Part shown: piece by piece, positions 1 through 10,376 of the stretch | Layout: each line of letters begins with the position of its first letter | Numbering within the stretch: the first letter of the stretch is position 1 | Source of the DNA: Dehalococcoidia bacterium | GTDB lineage: Bacteria; Chloroflexota; Dehalococcoidia; Plut-88900 | Assembly: GCA_965197645.1 (NCBI GenBank) | Contig: OZ240219.1 | Span: 2,656,001 to 2,720,000, forward strand | Direction of reading: 5' to 3' | Length of the DNA: 64,000 nt | Made by a program: the position numbers and the translations under genes | Notes under the pieces: generated by a model | Databases searched by the model: none | What the model saw: the letters and a program-made list of their open reading frames with translations, nothing else | Told to the model about the DNA's origin: nothing

Positions 1-1047
1 AACGATGGTAGTGGCATCCAGTCCCGCCATCATGCCGGCCAGGTTTCGGGTACCGCCGGCGAAGGTGGGAAACTCGTGCACGCCCATAGGACCGTTCCAG
101 AAGACGGTCTTACTCTTTTCAAGGTGCCTTCCGAAGGTCTCTATCGTACGGGGGCCCACATCTAGGATGTGGCCCTCCGGAGCGACTTCATCGATCGGTA
201 CGGTTTCGGCTGCGGCTTCGGCATCAAATCGATCGGCTACAACGACGTCCTCCGGCAAGACCATAGACGCGCCCTTCTTTTCGGCCTTTTCCATGATGCC
301 GGCCACAAACTCCAAGCTCTCTTCCTCCAACAACGACCGACCTATCTCGTAGCCCTTGGCCTTGAGAAAAGTGGCCGCCATGCCACCGCCGATCAGCAAG
401 ACGTCGATCCGGTCCAACAGGTTCTCCACTACGGCCATCTTATCGCTGATCTTGGCCCCTCCAAGTATAGCAACGAAGGGGTGGGCAGGCGCTCCGGCGG
501 CCAGGCTGAGATATCTGAGCTCTCTCTCCATGAGAAAGCCGGCGACCGCAGGCAGATACTGTGCCACACCTACGGTCGAGGCGTGGGCTCGATGGGCAGT
601 GCCGAAGGCGTCGTTGACGAAGATTTCGCCGAGGGAGGCCAGCTCCCTTGCGAAGTCCGGATCGTTGCTTTCCTCTTCGGAATGAAACCTGAGGTTCTCC
701 AGGAGGAGTATCTCGCCTGGGGCCAGTCGTTCGGCCTCGGACCTCGCATCCGGGCCGATGCAGCAGGAGGTAGTCGCCACCTCCCTCCGGATCAGCTGGG
801 AAAGGCGCTCTCCGATCGGCGCCATTCGTAGCGAATCTACCACCTTGCCCTTTGGCCGGCCGAGGTGAGAGCAGAGGACCAGGCGAGCATTCCTGTCCAA
901 CAGGTACTTGAGGGTGGGCAGTGCGGCCCGGATGCGACTGTCGTCGGATATGCCGCCCGTCCTGGGATCGGTGGGCAGGTTGAAGTCCACCCTGACCAGT
1001 ACCCGCTTACCCTTGACATCGATATCGGCGACGGTCTTCTTGTTCAT
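1..1047 (-). CDS. pgk: Phosphoglycerate kinase (3' end runs off window)
   Basis: Not in the ORF track. Manual translation from ATG 1047 gives MNKKTVADIDVKGKRVLVRVDFNLP...DDSRIRAALPT...SHLGRPKG, and the same frame reads ...DATTIV at position 1. Confidence 0.97.
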   Translation of the reverse strand, partial: MNKKTVADIDVKGKRVLVRVDFNLPTDPRTGGISDDSRIRAALPTLKYLLDRNARLVLCSHLGRPKGKVVDSLRMAPIGERLSQLIRREVATTSCCIGPDARSEAERLAPGEILLLENLRFHSEEESNDPDFARELASLGEIFVNDAFGTAHRAHASTVGVAQYLPAVAGFLMERELRYLSLAAGAPAHPFVAILGGAKISDKMAVVENLLDRIDVLLIGGGMAATFLKAKGYEIGRSLLEEESLEFVAGIMEKAEKKGASMVLPEDVVVADRFDAEAAAETVPIDEVAPEGHILDVGPRTIETFGRHLEKSKTVFWNGPMGVHEFPTFAGGTRNLAGMMAGLDATTIV

Positions 1048-1050
1048 GGG

Positions 1051-1683
1051 CTAAGCCGGTTGAACAATCGCCCCGGCGACTTGCTCGATCTGATCAACCG
1101 GGATGGCGCCCTGTCTGACCAGGACGGGTGCGTCCCCCGATACGTCCACCACCGTCGAGGCCAGCCCGCCGCGACATTCGCCCCCATCGATCACGATGTC
1201 CACGGCGTCGGCCAGTTGGTCTCTGACCACTTCCGATGATACCGGGTCGGAGCCGCCGCTGCGATTTGCGCTGGTGCCGGTAATCGGCGCTCCCAACCTC
1301 CTGGCCAGCTCTCGGGGGATGGGATGGTCCGGAACGCGCAGCGCTATGGTATCGCCGCCGCCGGTGACAGCGTCCGGAACGCTGGACGACCTCTTGAGCA
1401 CCAGGGTCAGGGCGCCGGGCCAAAACCGGGCTGCCAGATCGATAGCTATCTGAGGGATATTCGTTGCCACCACTGAGAGAGCGTCGGGGGAGTCGATCAA
1501 AAGGGGCAGCGCCTTGAGCTGGCCTCGCCCCTTCGCCGCGTAGACCTTTCGAACGGCATATTCGTCAAGACCATCTGCGCCGAGGCCGTACAGGGTATCG
1601 GTTGGATATGCTACGAGACCACCCCGCCTCAGCACCTCCACGGCACGATGTAGAATGGCGTCATCGACCTGTAACATGGGCAT
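1051..1683 (-). CDS. tsaC: L-threonylcarbamoyladenylate synthase (Sua5/YrdC)
   Basis: Motifs AYPTDTLYGL, KGR, FWPGALT, TSANRSG, STVVD. Confidence 0.93.
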   Translation of the reverse strand: MPMLQVDDAILHRAVEVLRRGGLVAYPTDTLYGLGADGLDEYAVRKVYAAKGRGQLKALPLLIDSPDALSVVATNIPQIAIDLAARFWPGALTLVLKRSSSVPDAVTGGGDTIALRVPDHPIPRELARRLGAPITGTSANRSGGSDPVSSEVVRDQLADAVDIVIDGGECRGGLASTVVDVSGDAPVLVRQGAIPVDQIEQVAGAIVQPA

Positions 1684-1772
1684 CGATTTCCGGTGGAAAA
1701 CTGCTTTTCTGGAGTCTTGACCGAGTATATCATGGGTGCTAATCTGAGGTCGAGAATCCCAGTGGAGGGCCC

Positions 1773-3455
1773 TTGGCAGAGGAGGAATCTAAGACCAAAA
1801 GCCGACGAGTAGCCGCCACCGACGATATGGAGGTATCCACCTACCTCGAGATCGCCGGCAGCAAGATAAAGCCGGGCCTCGCACCTACTGAGGAGCAGCC
1901 CGGCGAGCCTCAGCAAAAGCTGGAAACAGTGGTGGTGTTGGACTTCGGTTCCCAGTACAGCATGCTCATCGCCCGCCGGGTGAGAGAGTGCAAGGTCTTC
2001 TGCGAGATCCTTCCCTACGACACTCCCTGGGAACGCATAGCTCCCCTTAATCCCAAGGGTTTCATCCTGTCCGGTGGGCCCGCCAGCGTCTACGAGGAAA
2101 ACGCCCCTCTGGCGCCGTCCTACGTCTTCGAAAGCCGGCTGCCCGTGCTGGGAATCTGCTACGGGATGCAGGCCCTCACCCATCAGCTCGGCGGCAAGGT
2201 GGCGTCCGGAACCAAGCGGGAGTACGGACATGCGGTCCTCCACCAGAACGTAGCCGAGCATTCGATTTTCAGCGGCCTGGAAAAGGACCTGACGGTCTGG
2301 ATGAGTCACGGCGATGAGATCACCGATATGCCTCCAGGCTTCGAGAGATTGGCCTACACGGATAGCTCTCCCATCGCGGTAATGGGCAACGCGCAGGGGA
2401 TCATCGGGCTCCAGTTCCACCCGGAGGTGGCCCACACGCCCAACGGCAAGGAGATCCTCAACAACTTCCTCTACGAAATCTGCGGATGTAAGGGTGGCTG
2501 GACACCGGAGAACTTTATAGCTTCCGCCGTTGAACGGATCAGGGACCAGGTGGGCCATGGCCAGGTGATCTGCGCCCTATCCGGCGGTGTGGACTCGGCG
2601 GTTACGGCGGCGCTGGTCCACAGGGCGGTCGGCGACCAGTTGTGCTGCATTTTCGTCGACAACGGGCTCCTTAGACGGGAGGAGGCGGAGCGGATTCGTG
2701 CAGTGTTCGAGCGTCATCTCAACCTCCGGCTCATCTACGTCGACGCCAGCGAACGTTTCCTGGACCGGCTTGCCGAGGTTACCGACCCGGAAGACAAGAG
2801 ACACATCATCGGCGAAGAGTTCATCCGGGTGTTCGAGGAGGAGGCCGGTAAGCTGGGCGAGGTGCATTTCCTGGCCCAGGGCACCCTCTATCCGGATGTT
2901 ATCGAGAGCCAGCCTCCCAGGGATGCGCCCTCGGCGACGATCAAGACCCATCACAACGTGGGCGGGCTGCCCGAGGCGATGAAGCTGTCCCTCGTCGAGC
3001 CGCTGCGTCAGCTCTTCAAGGACGAGGTGCGGAACGTGGGCACGGCCCTCGGCATGCCCGAGGAGATGGTCTGGAGACAGCCCTTCCCCGGTCCGGGGCT
3101 GGCTATCCGGATCATAGGCGAGGTTACCGAGGAGCGGTTGGAGGTGCTGCGCCAGGCTGATTGGATCGTCATGGACGAGATCAAGGGAGCCAAGCTGTAC
3201 GGGCAGCTCTGGCAGAGTTTCGCCGTGCTGAGCTCCATGCACACCGTGGGAGTCATGGGCGACTATCGCACCTATGGCAACACCATCGCTATCAGGGCCG
3301 TCACCAGCGACGACGCCATGACCGCGGACTGGGCCCGCCTGCCTTACGATGTCTTGGCCAAGATCTCCAACCGCATAGTCAACGAAGTCCCTGGAGTGAA
3401 CAGGGTCGTATACGACATCTCCAGCAAACCACCCTCGACGATTGAATGGGAGTAG
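1773..3455 (+). CDS. guaA: GMP synthase (glutamine-hydrolysing) with N-terminal extension
   Basis: [35 protein letters not shown]. Confidence 0.98.
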   Translation: MAEEESKTKSRRVAATDDMEVSTYLEIAGSKIKPGLAPTEEQPGEPQQKLETVVVLDFGSQYSMLIARRVRECKVFCEILPYDTPWERIAPLNPKGFILSGGPASVYEENAPLAPSYVFESRLPVLGICYGMQALTHQLGGKVASGTKREYGHAVLHQNVAEHSIFSGLEKDLTVWMSHGDEITDMPPGFERLAYTDSSPIAVMGNAQGIIGLQFHPEVAHTPNGKEILNNFLYEICGCKGGWTPENFIASAVERIRDQVGHGQVICALSGGVDSAVTAALVHRAVGDQLCCIFVDNGLLRREEAERIRAVFERHLNLRLIYVDASERFLDRLAEVTDPEDKRHIIGEEFIRVFEEEAGKLGEVHFLAQGTLYPDVIESQPPRDAPSATIKTHHNVGGLPEAMKLSLVEPLRQLFKDEVRNVGTALGMPEEMVWRQPFPGPGLAIRIIGEVTEERLEVLRQADWIVMDEIKGAKLYGQLWQSFAVLSSMHTVGVMGDYRTYGNTIAIRAVTSDDAMTADWARLPYDVLAKISNRIVNEVPGVNRVVYDISSKPPSTIEWE

Positions 3456-3479
3456 ATTTCAACAAAAGGATGTGTCCGG

Positions 3480-3848
3480 TTGGCCTACTCACTTGATTTG
3501 AAAGAGCAGCTTGATCCTCGCCTGCTGCCGTGGGCCGGGGTGACCAGCCGGGAGATGTTCGGCGCCCTGTGCTACTTCCACGGGGACAAGATGTTCGTCA
3601 TAGTCACCGGGTCCTCGGTGGCCGTGAAGCTGTCCGAGGAGGAGAGGCAAGACGCTCTCGACAATCACGGCGCCACCGAGTTCGTGGTCAGCTCCGGACG
3701 GCCCTTCGGCCAGTGGGTCCAGTTCCCAATTTCGGAGCCATATGAGATCGATCCGGCCATGGACTGGATCGAAAAGAGCTATCGTTATGTCGAATACGAC
3801 ACCGCTCCCAGGCGTAGTAAGAGGCGCTCCAGAAGGGTTGTAGGTTGA
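3480..3848 (+). CDS. TfoX/Sxy N-terminal domain protein
   Basis: REMFGALCYFHGDKMF pattern; stop overlaps the purD start. Confidence 0.7.
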   Translation: MAYSLDLKEQLDPRLLPWAGVTSREMFGALCYFHGDKMFVIVTGSSVAVKLSEEERQDALDNHGATEFVVSSGRPFGQWVQFPISEPYEIDPAMDWIEKSYRYVEYDTAPRRSKRRSRRVVG

Positions 3849-5122
3849 ACGTTCTGGTAGTTGGAAGCGGGGCCAGGGAGCACGCCATCACCTGGAAGCT
3901 TCGCCAGAGCCCCAGGGTCGACGACCTGCTCGTCGCACCCGGCAACGCGGGCACGGCAGCGTTGGCCACTAATCTGGACATCGGGCCGGGTGACTTCGAA
4001 GGGATGGCGGCCGCGGTTGCGGAGCATGACGTGGGCCTGACGGTCGTTGGGCCGGAAGCTCCCCTGGCCGATGGCCTGGCGGACTACTTCGAGGAGCGAG
4101 GCCTGGCTGCCTTCGGCCCCAACAAAAGGGCCGCCCGCCTGGAATCCTCCAAGATCTTCGCCAACGATCTGATGACGAGGCACGGCATCCCCTGCGCCCG
4201 GAGTCGCGCCTTCTCCGATGCCGAAAAGGCTAAAGAGCACATATCCGGCGCCGAGCTGCCGCTGGTGGTCAAGGCCGACGGTCTCGCTGCGGGCAAAGGC
4301 GTAACCATCGCTCAAACTCACGAGGAAGCCTTCCAAGCGGTCTCCGATGCGATGGAGGCCCGGGTGTTTGGCGATGCCGGAGCTCGCGTTTCCATCGACG
4401 AGTACCTGACGGGCCGGGAGGTCAGCCTGTTCGCCTTCACCGATGGAGCGACGGTGAGCCCGCTGGTAGCCGCCTGCGACTACAAGGCTGTCCACGAGGG
4501 TGGCCGGGGCCCGAACACCGGCGGCATGGGAAGCTACAGCCCGCCCGAGTTCCTGGGCCGAGAGCTGACCGAACAGGTCCAGGAAGAGATACTCGCCGCC
4601 ATTGTCAGAGCGCTGGCATCCGATGGGATCGTGTATAGGGGTGCCCTGTACGGCGGCCTGATGATCACCGACGAAGGCCCCCGGGTCCTGGAGTTCAACG
4701 TCCGATTGGGAGACCCCGAGACCCAGGTGATACTACCGCGACTCGAAACGGACCTGGTGGACGTCATGATGGCCTCTGTACAGGGAAAGCTTCACGAGTT
4801 GGACATCCTGTGGAACGACGATGCCTGCGTGGCGGTGGTGCTCGCCTCTCCGGGGTACCCGGGCTCCTATCCCAAGGGATGTACCATCACAGGTCTGGAC
4901 TCGGTCGACGATGACGTTCTGGTCTTCCATGCCGGAACGGCCATGAATGGGTCCGACGTGGTGACGTCCGGGGGGCGAGTGCTTAGTGTGGTCGGCAGGG
5001 GGCCCACTTTGTCCGAGGCCCGTGCCAGTGCCTATCGAAACGTGGAGGTAGTCTCCTTCGAAGGTTGTCAGTACCGCCGTGACATCGCCGACGTGCCCGT
5101 ATCAATCGAAAGCAGTACTTAG
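3845..5122 (+). CDS. purD: Phosphoribosylamine-glycine ligase
   Basis: VGSGAREHA, KADGLAAGKGV, GPNTGGMG, EFNVRLGDPETQ. Confidence 0.98.
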   Translation: MNVLVVGSGAREHAITWKLRQSPRVDDLLVAPGNAGTAALATNLDIGPGDFEGMAAAVAEHDVGLTVVGPEAPLADGLADYFEERGLAAFGPNKRAARLESSKIFANDLMTRHGIPCARSRAFSDAEKAKEHISGAELPLVVKADGLAAGKGVTIAQTHEEAFQAVSDAMEARVFGDAGARVSIDEYLTGREVSLFAFTDGATVSPLVAACDYKAVHEGGRGPNTGGMGSYSPPEFLGRELTEQVQEEILAAIVRALASDGIVYRGALYGGLMITDEGPRVLEFNVRLGDPETQVILPRLETDLVDVMMASVQGKLHELDILWNDDACVAVVLASPGYPGSYPKGCTITGLDSVDDDVLVFHAGTAMNGSDVVTSGGRVLSVVGRGPTLSEARASAYRNVEVVSFEGCQYRRDIADVPVSIESST

Positions 5123-5135
5123 GTAAGCCAGCCGG

Positions 5136-6296
5136 ATGTCAGCCACTGAGTCGTCAAGAACTCACGACGTCATAGTAATCGGGGCGGGGCCATCGGGCTC
5201 GGTCCTCGGGTACGAGCTGGCCAAGGTCGGGCTTGACGTGGTCATACTGGAAAAGGAGCGGATCCCCCGGTACAAGACCTGCGGCGGTGGTGTTAACGTG
5301 AGGACCGCCCGGCTGCTGGACTTCGATATCTCTCCCGTCACAGAGCGGACCGTATCGAACGGGGAGGTGACGTACAAGCTGGGCAGCGGGTTCATCAAAC
5401 GGTATCCTGAGCCGCTGACCTACATGGTGATGAGGGACCGGTTTGATCAGTACCTGGCGGAGAAAGCGGCTGACGCGGGAACGGCGGTTGTGGACGGCCA
5501 CAAGGTCACAAACATCGAGCGGATCAACGGCCATTTCTCCGTCACCTGCCAGAAGGAAGCGTTCTCGGGCAGGATCGTAGTCGGCGCGGATGGCGCCAAC
5601 AGCGTCGTGGCCAGGAAGCTGGGTCTGATGAAGGGCGCCGGGCTCAGCGTCGGGTTGGAGGCGGAGGTGGAAGTGCCGGCGCGGGTCCTGGAACGCTGGA
5701 TGTCCATGGTAACTATCGACGTCGGGGTGATTCCGGCAGGTTACGGCTGGGTGTTTCCCAAAGGTAACCATTTGTCCATCGGTGTCGTGGGGGACGTCCG
5801 GCACTCGGAAAAGCTGAGGGGCTACTTCGAGAGGTTCGTAGCCGGGCAAAAGCTGGGCGACTACAAAGTGCTCAAGTTCAAAGGCCACAAGCTGCCCATG
5901 CGCAGGCCCGGTATGACGATCCAGAAGGATAGAGGGCTCCTAGTTGGGGACGCCGCAGGGCTTATAGACCCGTTCAGCGGAGACGGCATATACTACGCTA
6001 TCCGAAGCGCCCAGATAGCCGCCCCCGCCGTGGTCGAGGAACTAACCTCGAATGAGGACGGCCTATCCGGCTATCAACGGGGTGTGGACGAAGAGTTGAT
6101 GGTGGAGAGGCAGGTATCGGCCACCATGTTGCGCCTCTTTAGCTGGGCGCCCGGCGTCTACTTTAGATGGCTGAAGCATCACGATGTTCCGTGGAAGGCT
6201 GCGTGCGAGATAATACGAGGCGATAAGAGATACACTAGCGTCAGAGAGAGGCTGGGTCCTATCGGCCCTCTCTTCGACATGGTAAGGGGGCTGTAA
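5136..6296 (+). CDS. Geranylgeranyl reductase family FAD oxidoreductase
   Basis: [46 protein letters not shown]. Confidence 0.9.
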   Translation: MSATESSRTHDVIVIGAGPSGSVLGYELAKVGLDVVILEKERIPRYKTCGGGVNVRTARLLDFDISPVTERTVSNGEVTYKLGSGFIKRYPEPLTYMVMRDRFDQYLAEKAADAGTAVVDGHKVTNIERINGHFSVTCQKEAFSGRIVVGADGANSVVARKLGLMKGAGLSVGLEAEVEVPARVLERWMSMVTIDVGVIPAGYGWVFPKGNHLSIGVVGDVRHSEKLRGYFERFVAGQKLGDYKVLKFKGHKLPMRRPGMTIQKDRGLLVGDAAGLIDPFSGDGIYYAIRSAQIAAPAVVEELTSNEDGLSGYQRGVDEELMVERQVSATMLRLFSWAPGVYFRWLKHHDVPWKAACEIIRGDKRYTSVRERLGPIGPLFDMVRGL

Positions 6297-6754
6297 TGCC
6301 GCTGGTAGGCGTGGTAATGGGTAGCAAGTCCGACGAACCTTACGTCAAGGAAACGGTAACGATCCTGGAAAATTTTGGCGTCGACCACGAAGTAAACATC
6401 ATGTCGGCCCATCGTACGCCCGAGCGGGCAAGGGAATATGGCAAGTCAGCTCGAGAGCGGGGCCTTGAAGTGCTGATCGCAGCCGCAGGAGGCGCCGCCC
6501 ATTTGCCCGGCGTCCTGGCTTCCTGGACCACCATCCCCGTCATAGGCGTGCCCCTTCCCACCACGGACCTCAATGGCGCCGACGCCCTTCACGCTATAGT
6601 CCAGATGCCCGGCGGGATTCCCGTGGCCACGGTGGCCGTGGGCACCGCCGGGTGCCGTAACGCCGCGTATCTCGCCGCCGAGATTCTCGGTCTCAAGCAT
6701 CCCGAGATAGCCAAGGCATACGAGGACTATCGGGCCACGTTCACCAAGCGTTGA
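6296..6754 (+). CDS. purE: N5-CAIR mutase
   Basis: [29 protein letters not shown]. Confidence 0.98.
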   Translation: MPLVGVVMGSKSDEPYVKETVTILENFGVDHEVNIMSAHRTPERAREYGKSARERGLEVLIAAAGGAAHLPGVLASWTTIPVIGVPLPTTDLNGADALHAIVQMPGGIPVATVAVGTAGCRNAAYLAAEILGLKHPEIAKAYEDYRATFTKR

Positions 6755-6797
6755 TCGGGAGATAAAGTCGGTAAGGTCCTAAAGAGCAAAAACGCCC

Positions 6798-8090
6798 ATG
6801 ATCCCACGATATTCCAGGCCCGAAATGGCACGGGTCTGGTCCGATGAAAGCAAGTTCGACAAGTGGCTCCTGGTGGAGATAGCCGTGTGCGAGGCGTGGA
6901 CGGAAGAGGGCGTCATTCCCCCGGAGGCCACGGCCAAGATACGGAACGCCCGGTATGACCCGGATATATTCCAGGAGGCGCTAAAGGAAACCCACCACGA
7001 CATGACCGCCTTCCTCCGCTCGGTGTACCCCAGCCTCGGAGAAGAATCTCGGTACATTCATATGGGCCTCACCACCTCCGATGTGTGGGACACCGCCACC
7101 AGTCTCCAGATGGTGGATGCGGCCGATCTCCTGGCGAACGATCTGGACCTGCTGCTGGATGCCGTCGAGGCCAGGGCCAGGGAGCATAAAGATTCCATCA
7201 TGATCGGCAGGACCCACGGCGTTCACGCCGAGCCGGTCACCCTGGGGTTGAAGCTGGCGCTGTGGGCAGACGAGATCCGCCGCAACATCGAAAGGTTGAA
7301 GGACGCCAGGAGCGCCGTGGCAGTGGGCAAGATATCCGGTGCGGTGGGGACCTATGCCCTGGTGTCACCGAAGATCGAGGAACGGGTCTGCTCCAGTCTG
7401 GGAATTCGAGCGGCGCCTGTATCCAACCAGGTAATACAGCGAGACATCCACGCCCAGTACGTTATGACCTTGGCCCTGATCGCCGCATCCCTGGAGAAGT
7501 TCGCCACGGAGATAAGAAGCCTTCAACGCACGGAGATCCTGGAGCTGGAGGAACCCTTCGGCGCCGGCCAGACCGGTTCCTCGTCGATGCCTCACAAGCG
7601 CAACCCTGAGAAGTGCGAGCGGGTCTGCGGGCTGGCCAGATTGATACGGGGCTACGCCGTTACCGCCCTGGAGAACGTGGCGCTGTGGAACGAACGAGAT
7701 ATCAGCCATTCATCTACGGAGCGTATCATCCTGCCCGATGCCTGCCTGTCCCTGGACTACAGCCTGGACCTGCTGACCGGCATCATCAAGGGCTTGAAGG
7801 TGAACCTGAAGAACATGGAGCGGAACCTGGAGCTGACGCGGGGGCTCGCCTTCTCGCAGCGAGTATTGACCAGCCTGGTCGAATCAGGAACGGGGCGGGA
7901 GGAGGCCTACAAGATCGTACAGCGAAACGCGATGAAGGCCTGGAATGAGGACTTGGACTTCAGGCAGCTGCTCAGGGACGACCCGGAAGTATCCGCCATA
8001 ATGTCATTGGAAGAGTTGGAATCGTTGTTCGATTACCGGTTCTACGTGAGGCACGTAGACGAAGTATTCAAGCGGCTAGACCTGGAATGA
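6798..8090 (+). CDS. purB: Adenylosuccinate lyase
   Basis: GRTHGVHAEP, GSSSMPHKRNP signature. Confidence 0.98.
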   Translation: MIPRYSRPEMARVWSDESKFDKWLLVEIAVCEAWTEEGVIPPEATAKIRNARYDPDIFQEALKETHHDMTAFLRSVYPSLGEESRYIHMGLTTSDVWDTATSLQMVDAADLLANDLDLLLDAVEARAREHKDSIMIGRTHGVHAEPVTLGLKLALWADEIRRNIERLKDARSAVAVGKISGAVGTYALVSPKIEERVCSSLGIRAAPVSNQVIQRDIHAQYVMTLALIAASLEKFATEIRSLQRTEILELEEPFGAGQTGSSSMPHKRNPEKCERVCGLARLIRGYAVTALENVALWNERDISHSSTERIILPDACLSLDYSLDLLTGIIKGLKVNLKNMERNLELTRGLAFSQRVLTSLVESGTGREEAYKIVQRNAMKAWNEDLDFRQLLRDDPEVSAIMSLEELESLFDYRFYVRHVDEVFKRLDLE

Positions 8091-8101
8091 AGAGGGTATA
8101 G

Positions 8102-8977
8102 ATGACGACTATAGTTGAGACCCACCTGCCGAACATGGCCTATAGGGGCAAGGTGCGTGACACCTACGATCTGGATGAATACCTGCTGATGGTAGCCACC
8201 GATCGCATCTCGGCCTTCGATGTTGTGCTGCCCACGGGCATCCCGGGCAAGGGCGAAATCCTGTCCCGTCTCTCCGTTTTCTGGTTTGAGAAAACGGCCC
8301 ACCTGTTGCCCAACCACTATGTCGCCATGGCGACCGATGCGTCCGGTCTGACGGTTAGCCTCCCGGAGCTGGACGACGAGGTGGCAAAGCGGGCAATGGT
8401 GGTCAGGAAGGCAGAGCGTATCGACGTGGAATGCATAGTGCGGGGCTACATCACCGGCTCGGCCTGGGCCGAGTACAGGAAGCAAGGGACCGTGGGAGGT
8501 TCGCCCATGCCATCGGGGCTGCAGGACAGCCAGGAGTTCCCCCAGCCCCTTTTCACCCCCACCACCAAGGCCGAAACGGGCCACGACGAGAGCATAACCA
8601 TCGATGAGATGAAGGAGATGGTCGGGGCCGATCTGACGGAAGATCTCAGGGAGAAGAGCCTGCAGATCTACTCCTTCGCACGGCAGTTCGCCGCAACGAA
8701 GGGGATAATAATAGCCGATACGAAGATGGAGTTCGGGCTGATAGATGGACAGGTAACCTTGATAGATGAGGTGTTGACCCCCGATTCCAGCCGTTTCTGG
8801 GACGCCGAGCAGTATTCGCCGGGCAGATCTCAGCCCAATTTCGATAAGCAGTTCGTTCGGGACTGGCTGATCGAATCGGGATGGGACCGGGAACCCCCGG
8901 CCCCGCCTCTACCGGACGACGTTGTGGAGAGAACGGCGGAACGCTACTGGGAGGCTTTCCGCAGGTTGACAGGCTAG
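8102..8977 (+). CDS. purC: SAICAR synthetase
   Basis: GKVRD, TDRISAFD, ADTKMEFG, TPDSSRFW. Confidence 0.98.
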   Translation: MTTIVETHLPNMAYRGKVRDTYDLDEYLLMVATDRISAFDVVLPTGIPGKGEILSRLSVFWFEKTAHLLPNHYVAMATDASGLTVSLPELDDEVAKRAMVVRKAERIDVECIVRGYITGSAWAEYRKQGTVGGSPMPSGLQDSQEFPQPLFTPTTKAETGHDESITIDEMKEMVGADLTEDLREKSLQIYSFARQFAATKGIIIADTKMEFGLIDGQVTLIDEVLTPDSSRFWDAEQYSPGRSQPNFDKQFVRDWLIESGWDREPPAPPLPDDVVERTAERYWEAFRRLTG

Positions 8978-9036
8978 AGCATATGGTGGGATACTGGACG
9001 AGTAGTACGTAATTTATTTCACACAGAGAGGTACTT

Positions 9037-9678
9037 TTGGCGAGGAGAAGAGGCGGCCCAACTCCGCCACCCATCCCATCTTTTTGGCAACGCTATAGAT
9101 GGTTCATCTTCGGCGGCATTGGCCTGTTCTTCATCATAAGCGTAATCGCTCCGGCCCTTGGCAACCCGCCAGAGACGGAAGAGGAGGAGGGGACAACCGA
9201 CCCAACGGACGGAGCTCCCCAATTGCTGGTCGGAGAGCTGTACTTTCAGGCCGTGGCAATCGATAGCCGGGAGCACATCCCCGTCGGGCAGGCAGCTCGC
9301 TCCTATTCCAGCAATCCTCCCACCTCCGGGCCTCACTGGAACGCGGTGGGTATTGCGCCAACACCCTGGGGCCTAAAGGCGGACGTAATTCCGGACGAGG
9401 CTCTGGTGCACAATCTGGAGCACGGCGGCATAGTCATCCACTACCAGACTACCGCCCCTCAGAACCTCATCGATCAGCTCACTAGCTTCGTTCAAAGCCA
9501 GGCCAATTTCCCCAACGGATATGTTCTGGCCCCGCGAGAAGCCTTGCCCGCCACCATCACCCTGAGCGCGTGGGAATACTATCTCCCTCTGTTCCAGTTT
9601 AACGAGCAGCAGATGCGGGCCTTCGTAAGCGCCCACTACGATCAGGGGCCGGAGACTCTGGACGGCCAACTCAAGTAA
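9037..9678 (+). CDS. Membrane-anchored DUF3105-like protein
   Basis: N-terminal TM segment; YSSNPPTSGPHW and VHNLEHGG motifs. Confidence 0.8.
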   Translation: MARRRGGPTPPPIPSFWQRYRWFIFGGIGLFFIISVIAPALGNPPETEEEEGTTDPTDGAPQLLVGELYFQAVAIDSREHIPVGQAARSYSSNPPTSGPHWNAVGIAPTPWGLKADVIPDEALVHNLEHGGIVIHYQTTAPQNLIDQLTSFVQSQANFPNGYVLAPREALPATITLSAWEYYLPLFQFNEQQMRAFVSAHYDQGPETLDGQLK

Positions 9679-9698
9679 GAGCTAGGCCGAACCTAGCC

Positions 9699-9953
9699 AT
9701 GTTTCTGGCCAAGGTTTTCGTCACGCTAAAGCCGACAGTGAACGACCCCCAGGGACTCACCATCCTGGGGGCTCTTCATTCTCTGGGGTTTTCCTCCGCC
9801 AAATCGGTACGGGCCGGGAAGTACATGGAGGTACGGCTGGAGGGTTCAGATCTCTCGGGAGCCGAGGCGGAGGTGGAGCAGATGGGCCAAAAGCTGCTGG
9901 CGAACCCGGTCATCGAGGACTTTCGGTTCGACCTGGAGCGGATCGCAGACTAG
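9699..9953 (+). CDS. purS: FGAM synthase subunit PurS
   Basis: LKPTVNDPQG, LLANPVIE. Confidence 0.95.
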   Translation: MFLAKVFVTLKPTVNDPQGLTILGALHSLGFSSAKSVRAGKYMEVRLEGSDLSGAEAEVEQMGQKLLANPVIEDFRFDLERIAD

Positions 9954-9995
9954 CTAGCTGATATCCTGCCTCTGACTCTTCCTCCCGCCCACCCC

Positions 9996-10100
9996 GGATT
10001 GCTTAGCTGCCGTCGACTCCCCTCTGAACAAACTCCCCCGTCGCTGGCAACGACGGCATCGTCATTGCGAGACTCGACGAAGTCGGGGCCTGGCAATCCC
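9996..10100 (+). repeat. Degenerate palindromic REP-like element
   Basis: GGATTGC...GCAACGACG followed by CGTCATTGCGAG...GCAATCC (mutually inverted arms) in the purS-hisB convergent gap. Confidence 0.5.
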
Positions 10101-10154
10101 GCCATATCTCACCGTTGATCCGGCGGATACGGCCTCTTGAGGACTAACAATGCG

Positions 10155-10357
10155 TGGGAGGGATGCGGAGGGGTTCTGCTCCTCTGCACACCCCCACGTA
10201 CCTTGACCTCAACCAGAGAGTCCAGAGGGTTTCCCTCTGGCAGGGGGGTTGGGGGATGTCCCCCCAAGTCCAAAATCGTCTCAGGGTGGGTAGGAGGGCA
10301 GAATCACCTGGGGCAAGGGCCTTCCCGGCAGAAAAGGGGCCAGGGGGTATGGTCGAA
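10155..10357. repeat. Fragments of the dispersed MITE/REP-like repeat family
   Basis: CCTCTGCACACCCC at ~10181; reverse-strand TTCGACCATACCCCCTGGCCCCTTTTCTGCCGGGAAGG at ~10319-10357; both match parts of the copies at 19409 and 20333. Confidence 0.65.
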
Positions 10358-10376
10358 AGAGGTTTTCGACGCCCCG

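Noticed and set aside
169-831. Long + strand ORFs at 5-1239
   Set aside because: Antisense shadows of pgk and tsaC; the same applies to most long overlapping ORFs in this GC-rich window (e.g. 22560-24074, 30277-31629, 11218-12336).
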